DNA of 62,934 nucleotides, filler included, from Choristocarpus tenellus KU-1152 (Eukaryota > Protista > Phaeophyceae), in assembly GCA_964200185.2 (NCBI GenBank). It is 8 parts of 8 records of this genome, joined end to end, with 100 filler letters (N's around TTAATTAATTAA, not from the genome) between each part and the next. Parts side by side here need not be neighbours in the genome. Positions count along the whole stretch, not along the records: positions 50,313 to 55,451 come from CAXNAD020011750.1; positions 55,552 to 60,141 come from CAXNAD020013881.1; positions 60,242 to 62,934 come from CAXNAD020025604.1; 5 more parts are not named here. The stretch is one strand, 5' to 3'. The notes beneath the pieces were generated by a model. That model did no database searches, was not told where the DNA came from, and worked only from the letters and a program-made list of their open reading frames with translations. The translations under genes were made by a program, and so were the position numbers. Positions 50,332 to 62,934 of the stretch are shown here, piece by piece (positions within the stretch are counted from its first letter, which is position 1; every line of letters begins with the position of its first letter).

Positions 50332-50905
50332 CAAAACAACCCACACAAGGAATCCCTAAGGGTATATCTTATTTTGCAGAGGGGTGTCCTGACACCTTGT
50401 TCAGTTCCCTTTTGAAACTGTCTGATCTCTCAGAAAGGTTTCAGACCAGCGTGTCTTATCACTGAGAAGGAGGCATGACAACGCTTTATGAGGTGGAAAA
50501 TACATACTGGGGATCAACGATACAATCAGAGGTCTAGAATTGTCCTTGTGTTGTACTGAGTCAATAGGCCTGGTCACTCCGCATCCTCCCTACCCCCTGA
50601 ATTTACACATAATTCAATTATATAATTCTTATGGACCACGCAGGGAAGGGAGGGGAAATGGTTGTATTCCTCCCTTCATATTTGCTCTCAAAGACAAGGA
50701 TACCACATGGCAGAAAAAAATAGTTGTGGATGAATTCCCTGCAACCATTGCGTAGTTCTTGTGTAGATGGTCTTTCAACTGTACTGCATAGAACAAAGAG
50801 GGCATATGGAACGTGCAGAAGACCTCAGAGTGTCAGAGAGTACTGGAGAGGTACTTTCGACTACTGCATCAATTTTCCACCACAAGGTCGGTCACTCTCT
50901 TTCAG

Positions 50906-52365
50906 GTCTTGTATAACACCGGAGCATTGTCAGACATGCTGGATGCTCTCGATAGCCGGCATCCACCAACAAGACGCATGGCATCTGCGTGCATGGAGCT
51001 TGTCCTGGAATTTGACAGGTTGGCCTACGATTAGGCTGTACAAATTCATAGAGAGATCTCGAAAGCACCAGGAATACTGCAACTGACTTACTAGCTCATG
51101 ATACTATCTATGGTGGGGGATCTCGTAGGGTTGCAATTAATAGGAGTAAAGGTATCAGGTTGATCAAATAGGGAACATGAATATGAAAGGTGTTGACCAT
51201 GGCAGATGCTCTGACAGGGCAGTAAGGTTGGAGACAAATAGAGTTGAGAAATGCGGAGTTGAGAAAATGGCAGGAAGTAATCAAGGACTTGTGACTGGTA
51301 TCTAACCTTTAGAAGTCCCACATATCAATGCTTCATTCTTTGGTAAAATTTAACGCAAGCAAGGTCTTTGACTGGAGAATACTTCAGGACAAGGCACTAG
51401 GACTTGCAGCACTGTAGGAGATCAACTCTAGTCATCAGTTCAGGAGTTTGATAGTGTTGATGAAGTCCGTTGTGGATGACAGTCCCTCAAGAGTAAGTGG
51501 ATACTGTTCAAAGTCAATGAAGGGGATGATGAACGAGAAGCATCACCGGATATAAAGTCAGCAGCCCATGGAACCTACCCCTTCCCCCTACAACTCTGTT
51601 ATTGTACACCTCAAGAATAAGAAAAAAATGATTTAACTCGCTTAATTCAACAGGGGAGATGATGGGGTTCTAGGTGAGATGGGGGAGAGGGTTCGAAAGC
51701 GACGATTCGAGGCTCACAACAGGGAGTGGCTGCTGGCATGCTCCCAGGTGAGGAGAAGCATAAAACCAAAGAAATATTGTGCTCACTCCTGCCCCTAGTT
51801 GTACTACAATGAAGTACGTGACCTTGGCTGTTGAGATTACTTACTCTGCTGGTCCTGTTTCCTACTGCTGTGAGGAGCCTCTAGAAAACAAAGGCTTAAC
51901 TAATACTCCTGCCAAAGTATTTTGAGGTGCATGATATCACGGTATGATGTGTGTCTATTTTCGGATGGGAGATTCATTGCTAGGCCAACAATATATCGTC
52001 GAAGGCGCTGGTGTCTTCAACAACAATTCTTTGATTTGTTCTTCTTCGCAGATAGGGGATATACAAAGCAGAATACTCTAAAATACTGGTCAGGAATGTT
52101 AACGTGCATTATCTTGCCTGGTGTGGTCGAAGTTTAAGTGATAATACTCAATCAAACTTGAGTATTAGCCCTTAGTTAACAAGGGAAAAAATTAATAGGT
52201 CTACATCTCTTCCAGGACATTGCCGTTGACTCCTCTTCTGTCACACAGGAACAGCTTGGAGATGGTGCCATGTACCGGTCAAGCAGACAGCTGTTGGATC
52301 ACAGCTCTTCTGGTGATATAGATGGGCAACCTGTAAGGGGAACTGCACATCTGGACAGGGGAGAT
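50906..52365 (+). CDS. KAP3: Kinesin-associated protein 3 (kinesin-2 non-motor subunit), C-terminal exons 50906-51018, 51654-51747, 52216-52365; further candidate exons at 53815 and 55291
   Basis: Spliced VLYNTGALSDMLDALDSRHPPTRRMASACMELVLEFDR|GDDGVLGEMGERVRKRRFEAHNREWL matches the KAP3/KIFAP3 C-terminal signature (LIDLMHDKN..IR.VCD..LDII.E.D...I...KF..HN..WL). Phases are consistent. Confidence 0.8.
51950..52137 (+). mobile_element. Possible DDE transposase fragment in a KAP3 intron
   Basis: FFFADRGY resembles the second catalytic-Asp motif of IS4/IS5/piggyBac-related transposases. There is no other support. Confidence 0.3.
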
Positions 52366-52794
52366 GTAAGTTCACTCTGACTCATGCCCATATGCCACTC
52401 AGTTTATATACTTTGGATTACATACATGCATACAGAGAAACCTTTCACCAGGATCGAATTGGCCCATGTACCTCCCTCCTTGAGAGTGCTTTGTGGCTTT
52501 TCCCCCCTGCAAGTAGACCAATCCTTTTCATACCTGCACCGATAAAACTATTGTGTGAGCATTCTGAAAAAAGGATACTACAAGATGTCTATGACACAAA
52601 CGTTTGCGCGTTTTGCGATTTCAATAGGGTCATTATTACACAGGGTTGGGAGAGAGAGGGGGTGGTAAACTGAGAACTTTGTGGGTCACATCAAAAGTTT
52701 GGTTCATTAATTTCAAATTTACATTCACCCGAACCTTTCAAAGGCTATATACTGGTTCGCAAGGCAATAGTGCCCTCCTCTAACTCCCATGTTT

Positions 52795-52968
52795 GACCCG
52801 AAGTATCTGGGGGGGGGGTTACATCAGGGCGTCCATTTGGGTCATAACCAGGAAAAGAGCATTTACATTATCCATCCGACGTAATGGACCAGATTACACA
52901 AAAATCGCAACAAGAAAAAATTGACCCTAAATGGACAGCCGCCACCCCCCCCCCAGATACTTTGAGCC
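52795..52968. mobile_element. MITE, short subtype with poly-G/poly-C TIRs
   Basis: gacccgaagtatct-G10...gtccatttgggtca / tgaccctaaatggac...C10-agatactttgagcc, with TTT on both flanks. Confidence 0.8.
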
Positions 52969-54127
52969 TTTAGTCAGGCACTTCAAATTATATGTTGTCT
53001 CCATTATGACACTCCATTTTCAAGCAGAAAAGGTTGAAATATAATATTTCTCCACTTCCCGGAACTGTAAAACAGAAATAGTACAATATTTAAGATTCGT
53101 TGCGGTTATGAGGAAGTGAAGCTGCCAATAGGCTGCCAAAGAGAGGGCTGCCAGTGCATCTACTGGTGAAATATTCGAGAAGAGGTGGTCAGGCAAAGTC
53201 TTAGCGGGGGGGGATCCAAGATATGAAGTCTAATAGATTTTTTTTTCTTTTTAGGAAGAAGCTTTGCTTTTGGGTTGTTTAGTAGATGCTGAAATAAGGT
53301 TGCGGTCCATTTTCGGTATGGTATGAATACGAAAAATACCATTGATGGTATATGTGGAAATAGGTTACCCTGTTAGCAGTATATGGCCAACTGCCATACA
53401 GCGGTGTAGAGCTTTGATTTCATAGTCGCAGAAATCAGGAATTTCCTGGATTGGTCGAGTGGCTCACCCAGAAAAAGGACCATATTTTAAACAATGATGT
53501 GGTACCAACTAATCAACCAGTGAACTTAACTTCTCCCAAAAAATATGTTGCAGCCTCTCTGTCTAATCTTAGAAATTTTTCTCGGATTTAAGATCTTCTC
53601 TTTTTTCATTTTTTGAGAGGCTTCATCCATGAACAGTCTTGCCAAGCGGCTAATTCAGTTATCATAGGATTCTGGAAAAACTTCACACAGGCCAAATAGA
53701 ACGACAACTAGTGCTGACCTTGGAAAATCCGATCCTATTTTCACAAAGGGTGAGCGAGTGGACCAGCAACAAACTTGGTTATCCATGAAGCAGCCTATCC
53801 TGATTAGTTACCAGGATGGTAGTTCTTCTGAAAAAGAGTATGATGTGATGACTCTCATCATTCAGCTGACTAATATTTAGGCAGTAGTGCCACTCTGAAC
53901 TTGTGTTGGGTTTCCCACCCTTTCCCCACTGACTGCATCACACCCTGTGTAGTTCCACAACATCATGCTTTATTCACGACATTTAGCTGCCTGTTGGGGC
54001 ATCAATAAAGTAGGGCGATGGAATTTAATGCTACAGAGTATGAAGTATTTCGAGGACAGTTCTCGCATCAATCCAGGTGGTGATAGTAGTATCCTGCCAA
54101 CAAGATCTGTAGCGGTGTCTACCTTGT

Positions 54128-54385
54128 GAGTGAAAGTATCTTAGAGGGCACGAAGTTTGCCTTGTTTGTCCATTTGGGGCCTGACTTCCCACGGGTTTTT
54201 TATGGCATTTTCCTACTCCAAAATGTTTCGAAGTAGGTAAAATGTAAATGGTATGAAAAGGTGTGTTTGGAGCAAGGGTATTGACACTTCCTAACAAACA
54301 CAGTAGCCGAAACTACATCAAAATCGCAACATTGGATTTTGGTCCCCAAACGGACTCGGTTCTACCCTCTTAGATACTTTGACTT
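54128..54385. mobile_element. MITE, long subtype
   Basis: TIR aaagtatcttagaggg / ccctcttagatacttt, collinear with 23607-23872, with TGT on both flanks. Confidence 0.8.
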
Positions 54386-56038
54386 TGTCGAGGCACAGAA
54401 CAACACGGGAAATAGTAAGGTTACAAGGAATACGAAACTGTGGATACAACAGTAAGACTTCTTTGTCACCACTAAGTGGCCTCGGGGCTGGTGCAACCTT
54501 TCCCAAACATGGACTAGGATAAGCAAAAAGAGGAATGCATATTGCCAACCAGGATCCAATAAATGCCGTTGCATGATGCACAGCTACTAGAAAGAGTCAA
54601 ATGGACTCATAGACAAAGCTTTGGTTGTTATTCCTTTGCTCCAATGTATGTTGTGCTACTGGTTAGTGCTGGGTTGAAGTCAACCTTGCATTGTTATTCT
54701 GCACCAGAATTTCTGAGCCATTTTGAAATAGTTATGTATCGAGCACTCATTCATGCAATGTGTCTGCATTGATATGAATCCTAAAGAAATGGAAGACATG
54801 ATTGCTCGCAACACTACTCTCCTACAGTATGAGAGACCACCCATTCGGATGTTGTTAATATCCTATCACTTTCAATTCATTCTTAATTCTGGCATACACA
54901 TACACACACAAACACACCCATACAGGTTGCATCTTACAATGGACAAACATGTCACCAGAGTTCGAGCACTTCAATGGCATACATGTACCATCATAGTATG
55001 GTGCATTGGCATCCAAAAAAGTAGACTGAGCTATGGGATATCCTCACAATGCAAATTTGTTATGCATGAAACCGACAAAGCATTGCCCTCACATGTACTC
55101 CACAAATAAGGCTTGCAAAGTGCACTCTGCCTTACAAACACGCATGAATATTGAGTGTATTATTTTCCTCTACATACAAACACATACAATTGAAAGAATT
55201 CAAAGGTTGAGTCTATGTTCTCCCTAACGAAAATATTCCCCAAGTCTCCCAACTCATCAATTTCCTTCCATACACCTCCACTAACCTCAGGCCAATACCA
55301 TGGCATCTGGCCAGCGGAGCTGGGACCAAGCTTTATACAACGCTGTGGCGCAGGGAGTTAGGGAAACATCTAGGCCAGGGGGGGGGGGGGGGGGGCAGGG
55401 CTCCCTTGGGGCCCAAGGGGGGGGGGGGGCAAGGCGGGGCGGGGGTGTGGGNNNNNNNNNNNNNNNNNNNNNNNNNNNNNNNNNNNNNNNNNNNNTTAAT
55501 TAATTAANNNNNNNNNNNNNNNNNNNNNNNNNNNNNNNNNNNNNNNNNNNNCGTCGTTTTGAGGTCGTTGGATTTGAGTTGTACATCCTGGAAGGTGAGC
55601 ATTGAGGGGCGCCTGTAACAGTTGCCTTGATCTCGCCGCTTCTTCTCCTCCCACTCTGCCCTTGGCCTTTACCTTACATTCTCTCCCAGTCCTTCTACCC
55701 TCATTCTATACCTACCCTCATCTCCCTTTAACTTCTCAATTTCATGACCTACCTCCCAACCACCCCCCGTCCTTTAATTTCTCTTAATCAGCGAATGGAA
55801 AAAAGCGGGGAAACATCTCAGGCGCAATTTTGATGGTCGCAACCTCAAAAGGTACAAAATGAAGTGACTGGTTGAATTCCCGGCAAAAAACAGATGTGGG
55901 TTAGGCTGCTGTCCAAGTACGGTGCTTGCGCCAATATCGAAAAAAAAAGCAAGGATTGCGGACATCTTTTTCGCGCCAATTGCAGCCTTTTTTTTAAGAG
56001 CACACACACACGTGACCCACACACAGCAACAAGAACCA

Positions 56039-57308
56039 TGGCAGTGAGACAAGGAAAGCCGCCGAGGCCACTCTGCCCCGTGCATCTACCCTGGGCACCT
56101 TCTCTGTCAAGAGGCGACAAAAAAACACGTACCGTGTGACATTCGGTGCAATCTCAGGTGACGAGAAAGTGTGTGCACTGTGGTGCAGCAGCATGATCAA
56201 ATCGTGCAATGGACCACGAAGTCAGGATACTGACGCTGAGAGAAGATGCATGGAAAGCATTACCACACAAACGTGGTTGGGTCTTCAACCACATCGGAGC
56301 ACTGCTCTGTAGTCTTTGCTGCCTTGGGAAAGCAGGAAGAGAGTGGCGAGTGCATCACCAGGTGGTACAGTGACGAAGTCTGTGGGGAAGCCTGATTGTG
56401 ACGGGTGAAGGGAGAGCCATAGTGACCGGCGGAAGGGAAGGTTGGGGAGGAAAGCAGTGCGACTGCGTGCCATTACACTCAGGAAATGCATAAGCGAAAA
56501 TATGGGTATAGGATATCTTACTAGTTGACAGTCGCAGCAGGCCCTAGCTGTTTGAAAGCTACGCGAGCCAGAGTGGCTTAAGGAAACGAGAAAGAAGGTG
56601 TTAGGGTTGGGCTACAAGAGCTCTGAATCCCAAAAGAACGTCGAAAGGGCTCGCAAGACGGTGGAGAAAGCGATCGTAACAAAGGAAGCTATGGAGACCT
56701 TTCAATGTCACCAAATCCTCTAGTGAGAAGAGGTCGCGAAGCAGGTGGAGGTATCCATCGACGAGGACGCCAGGGAAGAAGAGGAGGTGAGATTGAGACT
56801 ATGTGCACACCGATGGTTTGGTGTTTCTACTTCTTGCAAGATGCCGTACATTCACTTTTGTTCCTGGACTTAGTGTTGGGCGTATAAAGTTGATAAAGGC
56901 TTTCTCTGCCTGCATTCATTCGAGAAATCTACACAATTTTCGATCAACTCAAGCTTGTCCTCCCTTGCCCTTGAGCCTTGATGATAAAATAATACCCGCC
57001 CAGGAAATATGGACGACGCCCATTTCCGGCGCTCAAGGAGGAAATTTGATCGTAAAGGCTCTAACATTGCCAATCCTGTACCTGTGTAAGAACAATGGAA
57101 AAGGTAATCCAATGACGCTTGAGATGGCAGCAGAATATGCGAAGGTCAGGTCGGAAACTGTGAGTAAATGGGCGAGAGACTTCCTAACTATGGGCCATAT
57201 CAAGGTGTCGGAGCAAGGGCGCGACGAGAGGCGTTTCGTTCTGGGCCTCAACGAGGACATCCTTGCCGAGGTTAAAGAGTGGGTGCGCAAACACACAGGA
57301 AGAAAGGG
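56039..57308 (+). mobile_element. Decayed, apparently intron-containing Tc1/mariner/IS630-superfamily transposase, N-terminal HTH part
   Basis: MAAEYAKVRSETVSKWARDFLTMGHIKVSEQGR...LNEDILAEVKEWVRKHTGRKG is an HTH followed by a QGR linker. The upstream coding-like frame has several stops. No DDE domain is seen. Confidence 0.55.
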
Positions 57309-58981
57309 TGGGGAGACTTTTCCCCTTCCTAAACCCTACACCTTAAATCAAATAGTAGTGTATCTGTTCCCACTCTTGGTGACCTACAATCCCGGGTTCG
57401 AACCCCAATATCAGTGATCTTTCTTGAAAAAGAGAAAAAATGTCGAAAAAACGAATCTTGGAGGGGTTTGAAATGCGCATCACGAAATAATGCTTTTATT
57501 TTTTTAATCCGATGTCTACATCAGAAGTCATGACAGGACAACCCCAGAGACATACCATGTAAGTGTTTCCCCTTTTCGAATAATCACATTAATAAATTTC
57601 ATACTTCCTAAACTTCTCATTTTCTTACAATGCTATTATTGTTCTGTTGTTTCACTCAAATAAATTGAATTTCTTTGTCCTCAAAATTCTAATAATAGAA
57701 ACCTCCCACTACGCACATCATTACTGTTCAGATGCAACACTTCAGAGCAATAGTGTAAGTAATACTTCAGTAAATTTATGGGGTGAACTCAGGGTTTTCG
57801 GGGTTAGTGTTCATTTTCACTTTTTATTTGGATGCATTTGAAACATACACCATCTACCCGTTTCTTGTTTTTTGTTGAATTTTTTAACAAAAGGCAGGTT
57901 CAAAACTCTAAGGTCACCATTTCAACTATTATTCAGTTGTTGCATGTTGTATGATTTAGGACATCGTTTCTTGAACAAGGGTGCCTTATCCGATGTATTC
58001 ATACACTAGTTGTGGTTGGAAGTATTAAAAAATGTTGTTTTGGTCAGAATTTCCATGATGAAAGTGAAAGCGAACAATTAATCTTCAAGCGTTCAAGTGG
58101 ACAACCTCACACCTAAAGTATTACTTACACTTTTGCCTTGGACTGTTGCATCTGTACAACAATAATGTGAGTAGGGTGTTTCTTTAGATAAACTTTTGTG
58201 AACAAAGAGAAATACTTCAATTTATTAAATGGAACAAGAGAAAGTGGTCGTACCAAGAAATGTTTGTATGGAAAACAATACAGACCCACAATCACTTTCT
58301 GTTCTGTTGTTGTTCGACTAGGGTTAGGGAAACCATGGTGGGAAGAAGAAACTATTTGAATGCGACTAGAATGCACCTTTGAACTGAGTGATCCTTTCAT
58401 CATTGCAACCTGCGCTCTGCGCTCAATAACCAGCCTCTCCACTTTGAGCACCTTATTGAAACTAGCCGTCGAAGATATTGTGCATCGTACTCTCTACCTC
58501 CTTGCAAGTGCAGAGCTTGAGACAAGACTGCCCACAGGAACAAGCAGGGTATGGTTTTGTGATCGCGTTTTGTGCTTCAAGGAACATTGAGAGTTTCGAG
58601 TGCCTGGTAGCCTCTCCGTGACTGTCCGTTGTGAAATCAAGATCTTAAGGGGCGACAAAGATGTATAGATGGAAACAGGATACTCTATGAAGGACGACGA
58701 GATGGCACGTCTATTTTCCAATCTTTAGAATTTAAATTTCCCTACTCATGTCGATCCCCTCAACGCTTGTGAAGCCCAGTGGAATACCTACATGCTGAAG
58801 TTCATGGTTGGTAATGGAAATATGAATATATTACTCATGGTGTTATGATACTATTGTGGTCAGGTGAGCGTGTCGATACCTTTTGCTCCCCTCATTTCAA
58901 CCTGTGGACAGTCATACGCCATACAACACAAGCATCGATCTCTTCTGCGACCCTATTGGGGACAGCGGGCAAGTCCATATC

Positions 58982-60110
58982 ATGGCCATGGATCGCCAGG
59001 ACTACCGCCCCGCAAACGTTGGAATCCTTGCCGCTGATGTCTACTTCCCCAGTACCTACGTGGCTCAGGTTAGCAATTAGAAGGGTTCTGGTATGTCAAC
59101 TTGCTCCTCGCGCTTCCAAGCCAGCATTTGAAAGTCGTCTTTGTCACGAGCACACTACACCACTGTAGACATCGTGGTTGATACTCTACTTCCACTCACT
59201 TCTTTTGTCAAGTATGCTCGTCGAATTGTGGACGGATTGACGTGACACCCATCTTGCTTCCAAGCCTGCACTTGGGAGTCGTCTTTGCTACGAGCACACC
59301 GCATCACCGCAGACATCGTGGCTGATGCTCTACCTCCAGTCACTTCTTTTGCCAAGTATGCTCGTCGAATTGTGGACTGATTGGCGTGATACCCATCTTC
59401 TGACCATCAATGAATGCCGATGTGCAGTGGTGTTGATTGCCGTTGAACATCATCATAGCTCCTACGATCTCCTGACTATTTGATGTCCTACCCTCTACCA
59501 GGCCGATCTGGAGGTAGCCAATGGCGTGGCAGCTGGAAAGTACACTGTGGGTCTGGGGCAGGAAGCGATGGCCTTCACAGGGTGAGCCAAGCATTTGTAT
59601 TCAACGCAGCATTATCCTCATGCAAATTATATCAGAGAGTCCATACCGAGAGTTGGGAGCTGTGCGCCTCCTTTCAAGATGCAGGTGCCCTGAGTGTACT
59701 GCTTTTCTCACTTTTTTTTATAGTTGGTCTATTCTTCTTAAGTTGCTACTAATGGTGGTGACAGTTGGGAAGATCAATGTGTCTTACTCATCTTAATCTT
59801 TTTCTTCAGGAGTCTTTCTGAGGAAGGGTAGGAGTACATCCAGCCTTCAACCGGGGCTCCGAAGGGTCATACAATGCTGCACGAGTGTTTCAGGTCGAAC
59901 ACAGTTTCAAGCTAAAGATTTCCTCTTCTCCTGATCAACACATGAATGCGGTAAACTAAACATGTAGTTAACGTATTTTCTTTTTTCTGTTATATTTCCC
60001 CCTCCCCTGCGTTCAGTGACCGGGAAGATATCAACTCTATATGCCTGTCAGTGGTGGCTCAGCTGCTGGAGAAGTATGATATCCCACGAGGCAGCATTGG
60101 AAGGATAGAG
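58982..60110 (+). CDS. HMGS: Hydroxymethylglutaryl-CoA synthase, first three coding exons (58982-59068, 59502-59581, 60017-60110); remainder beyond the contig end
   Basis: RPANVGILAADVYFPSTYVAQ|ADLEVANGVAAGKYTVGLGQEAMAFTG|DREDINSICLSVVAQLLEKYDIPRGSIGRIE is the canonical eukaryotic HMGS N-terminus. GT-AG and in phase. Confidence 0.95.
59112..59399. repeat. 144-bp tandem duplication in the first HMGS coding intron
   Basis: Units start gcttccaagcc at 59112 and 59256 and share cacttcttttg.caagtatgctcgtcgaattgtggac. Confidence 0.9.
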
Positions 60111-62399
60111 GTCAGCACAAAATGATCTGGGGGTGGGGGTGNNNNNNNNNNNNNNNNNNNNNNNNNNNNNNNNNNNNNNNNNNNNTTAATTAATTAANNN
60201 NNNNNNNNNNNNNNNNNNNNNNNNNNNNNNNNNNNNNNNNNGTGTTGGGGGTGGGGGGGGGGGGGAAAAGGGGGGGGGGGGGGGAAGGGGGGGGGGGGGG
60301 GGGGGGCAGGGGGACTGAATAGGCAAATATTTTCTTGGCAGATTTAACAGAGGCACTGGCAGGATACTGCTCCAGGAATACTACTCTATAGCCCTCATCA
60401 GAAAGTGTGTCAACGAGATGGTCCTGCCATTGAAAGTAATGAGGGAAGACGTGAGATCCAGCGGAGGGGGCAGGCAGGACACAAGGATTGTGCAGCGTGC
60501 AGAAAGACATTGTCAAGGAAGGGTCCTTGTCCATCTATCTTACAATGTCCATTGAAATATTCGCACATGTACTTGCTCACTTCAAGTGTGCATAGTGTGT
60601 CTGGTACAGAACTGTCCAGTAAGAGTAAGGGCAGGTTGTTCTGTTTACCGACTAAATGCCACTGAAGGGGAGGTTAAAGGATGCAGAAGGAGACTTGCAC
60701 TTGAGAAACTTGCTACAGCTGTATAAGCAGTTGAAGTTTCGGCGATTTCCTTTTGTGAGGCTTCTTGACATCACAAAAGCAGGAACGTGTGTGACCTGGG
60801 AAGCATTTGCTCAGGAGTGTTATTCAGTTTGGTTTGCTGTGGGTTGTTGGGTAGTGGGGTATTGTGTTTCTGAGAAAATGTTGACGAAGGAAGTTGTTGA
60901 AGAAATCTTCCTTGGACATTCTGGGAGGAAATGTTGCTCTACTGTATTGCCCCTTGGTATTTTTTTATTTTTGTCATTTGGGAGAATATTTGAAGCTGCT
61001 GTTCATATATGGAGATGGAGGGCAGCCAGATTCTGCATGTGTGCTTGTCCGTGCTACCCTTCAGATGAGATGATGTGTGTGTTGCAAACCTATGATTATT
61101 AGAGGGTGCAATTGGTACCTTTTTGCTGTTGGTGTATGGTCTAAGAAGTTTGATACTTCAGGATTTATTGGTACAATGTTCGATTTGCTTGCTACAGATC
61201 CTGTTTCGTTCAATCTTCTTGAGTGTTAAAAACATCTGTTGAGTGGATGAGCCGCCTTAATGGATGTCATTTTTTGTACTTTTACGTATCTATGGAGTTT
61301 TATGTGGTGTGTCTTTCCTGGCTACTGTTCTTTGTCCATTGTTGGAGATGGGCAAGTGTTGTTTAGTTGCTATTTCCTGTCGATTGTGAAAACAGAATGA
61401 ATTTTATTTAGGAGGGAAGTGCTGTTGTTTATCGTATTGTCTTTTCTTTTTTGTGTCACACCCCCTCCTTACTGGTAGCAGACAGCTGTGTATCAGGCAA
61501 CAGAGTTTGTGTGGACATATTGAGGTAGGGCTGATTGAAGATCTATTCGTACTCATTGGGTTGCAGTCTTTCTCCTGGATGCCTCAGTCCACCACGATGC
61601 AATTTCACCCAGCACACACTAATTGATCATAAAATGTAAAGTTATATGAGGAATGGATATTGTGTTGTCATGGTGTAGGTCTAGACATCATCTATTTGAA
61701 AGCATGTAGGATTGAGCAAAGTATCTGTCAGGTAGGTAGACGGCAGTCAGGTTGACATTGATGTATTGATCATGTGTGGGTGTGTCTAATTAGACCTTTC
61801 TAAGCTCCCAACACTAGTCTTTAGATTCCTTTTATTCTAGTCTTGTTTGTAGCTGTGTCTACTATAGATAATGTCACTTCTTCACATTCTTGGTTCTTCA
61901 CCTGGACTACCCCCTCATGCTTGTACTTTTTTCATACATCGGGTCAAGACGACTTATCTTAGTTGCATACTAGATTATATTAAGACGTGGGCACAAGTAG
62001 CGCAGTAAGTGCCATGAGACAAAAAGGCCCTTAGGTTACTAGGGGATCCTTATCTATATGATTTTCCAAATAAACTCTACTTCATTGTGTAGTGCCCTGA
62101 CCTGCACACACTGCACTACTTCTCATTCTGACAATTTAATACTGTAACTCTTGCACTACAAACAACTGTACCGGCTCCGTTCGTGCCTTGCTCCTCGAAC
62201 CCCTCTTTCTGTCTCCTCCCCGAAGCTTATGCTAGACTTGCATTGGTTTTTTGTGGCAATAAAGGCTTGCCAACTTCTCCTTGGTCCAGAGTTTTTTAGT
62301 TGTCACTCGACAAATAGGACAGTACAGCTTTGCAATCCGTATTGATTCGAACTAAACGAGAGATACCCAGGTTTTGTCCCTTTTGAATTTCAAGTCTGT

Positions 62400-62780
62400 T
62401 TTTCAATTTGCAATTCACACAGGTTTCTATGGATGGAATGCTAAGTTGTGAATAGTAACGTTTCATTCTACCGAACGGGAATGTGAGTTTCGTGGTAAAA
62501 TGACCCTGTACTTAATGGGTGATACATTGGATTATAGCTACTTCGACACCTACCTCCAAATAACTTCGGATTCGGACCATCTTGTGCCCTATGGATTAGA
62601 ACTTTATCATCAGGTACAAAAACGGGAGACACGAGATGTTGGTTGGCACATTTCTGGTTCAACTTGTCCGTGAGGTTTTGGCGTGCTAACTCCAATCCAA
62701 GGTGTGAATTATCCTTGACATGCTGAGTAAACTCTTCAGTACTGACATCTGAACCACCATTAGACTAACCAGCAAGGAGC
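62400..62780 (-). mobile_element. Ty3/Gypsy integrase C-terminal relic
   Basis: EEFTQHVKDN...ELARQNL...FVPDDKVLIHRAQDGPNPKL...RMKRYY fits the region after the integrase core (F.xGDxVL...KL...GPY). Frameshifted. Confidence 0.6.
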
Positions 62781-62934
62781 AGGAACCAGCTATAGGAAAT
62801 ACAGTAATAAGTATAAATAGTGAATAGTTCACGATCACTTTGAATGGATGTTGCTTTGAACAGTGGATTTTCAAAAACTGTCTTAAAAAAGTACCGGAAG
62901 GTTTTTTTTTTGCGACTGTACTTGCACTTGGAAG

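Noticed and set aside
37394-60110. Functional cluster of HCCS, KAP3 and HMGS
   Set aside because: The genes are on separate, artificially joined contigs.
60300-61100. Copia RNase H relic, including the 148-aa ORF
   Set aside because: LLDITKA only loosely echoes ADILTK and there are no other diagnostic motifs.

Overview
This is intron-rich eukaryotic DNA, most likely from a stramenopile alga in the brown-algal neighbourhood. That placement is inferred from gene structure, the flagellar KAP3 gene and the CRE-type retroelement. The window is not one locus: seven identical artificial 100-nt spacers (N44-TTAATTAATTAA-N44) join eight contigs (1-31520, 31621-36654, 36755-42851, 42952-46399, 46500-50212, 50313-55451, 55552-60141, 60242-62934). 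Hand splicing with GT-AG and phase checks recovers a ~23-kb, 10-exon TBC/Rab-GAP gene (-), a complete 4-exon holocytochrome c synthase (+), 3' exons of kinesin-associated protein KAP3 (+), the first three exons of HMG-CoA synthase (+), a taxilin-like coiled-coil exon (-) and two unidentified gene starts. Repeats include a decayed CRE-type non-LTR element with an inverted 3' fragment, a MITE family with six copies or ends, a Tc1/IS630-like relic, a Gypsy integrase relic, a tRNA-derived fold-back and minisatellites. The three most interesting signals are: (1) a spliced protein at 50-696 that aligns to bacterial beta-class N6-adenine/N4-cytosine DNA methyltransferases but has an eroded SAM motif; (2) a CpG-island-like landscape, with CpG-poor gene bodies and CpG-rich gene starts; (3) an unidentified Cys-containing ORF relic present in two diverged copies. 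No CRISPR array, rRNA or intact tRNA was found, and no complete novel system can be shown from this window alone.
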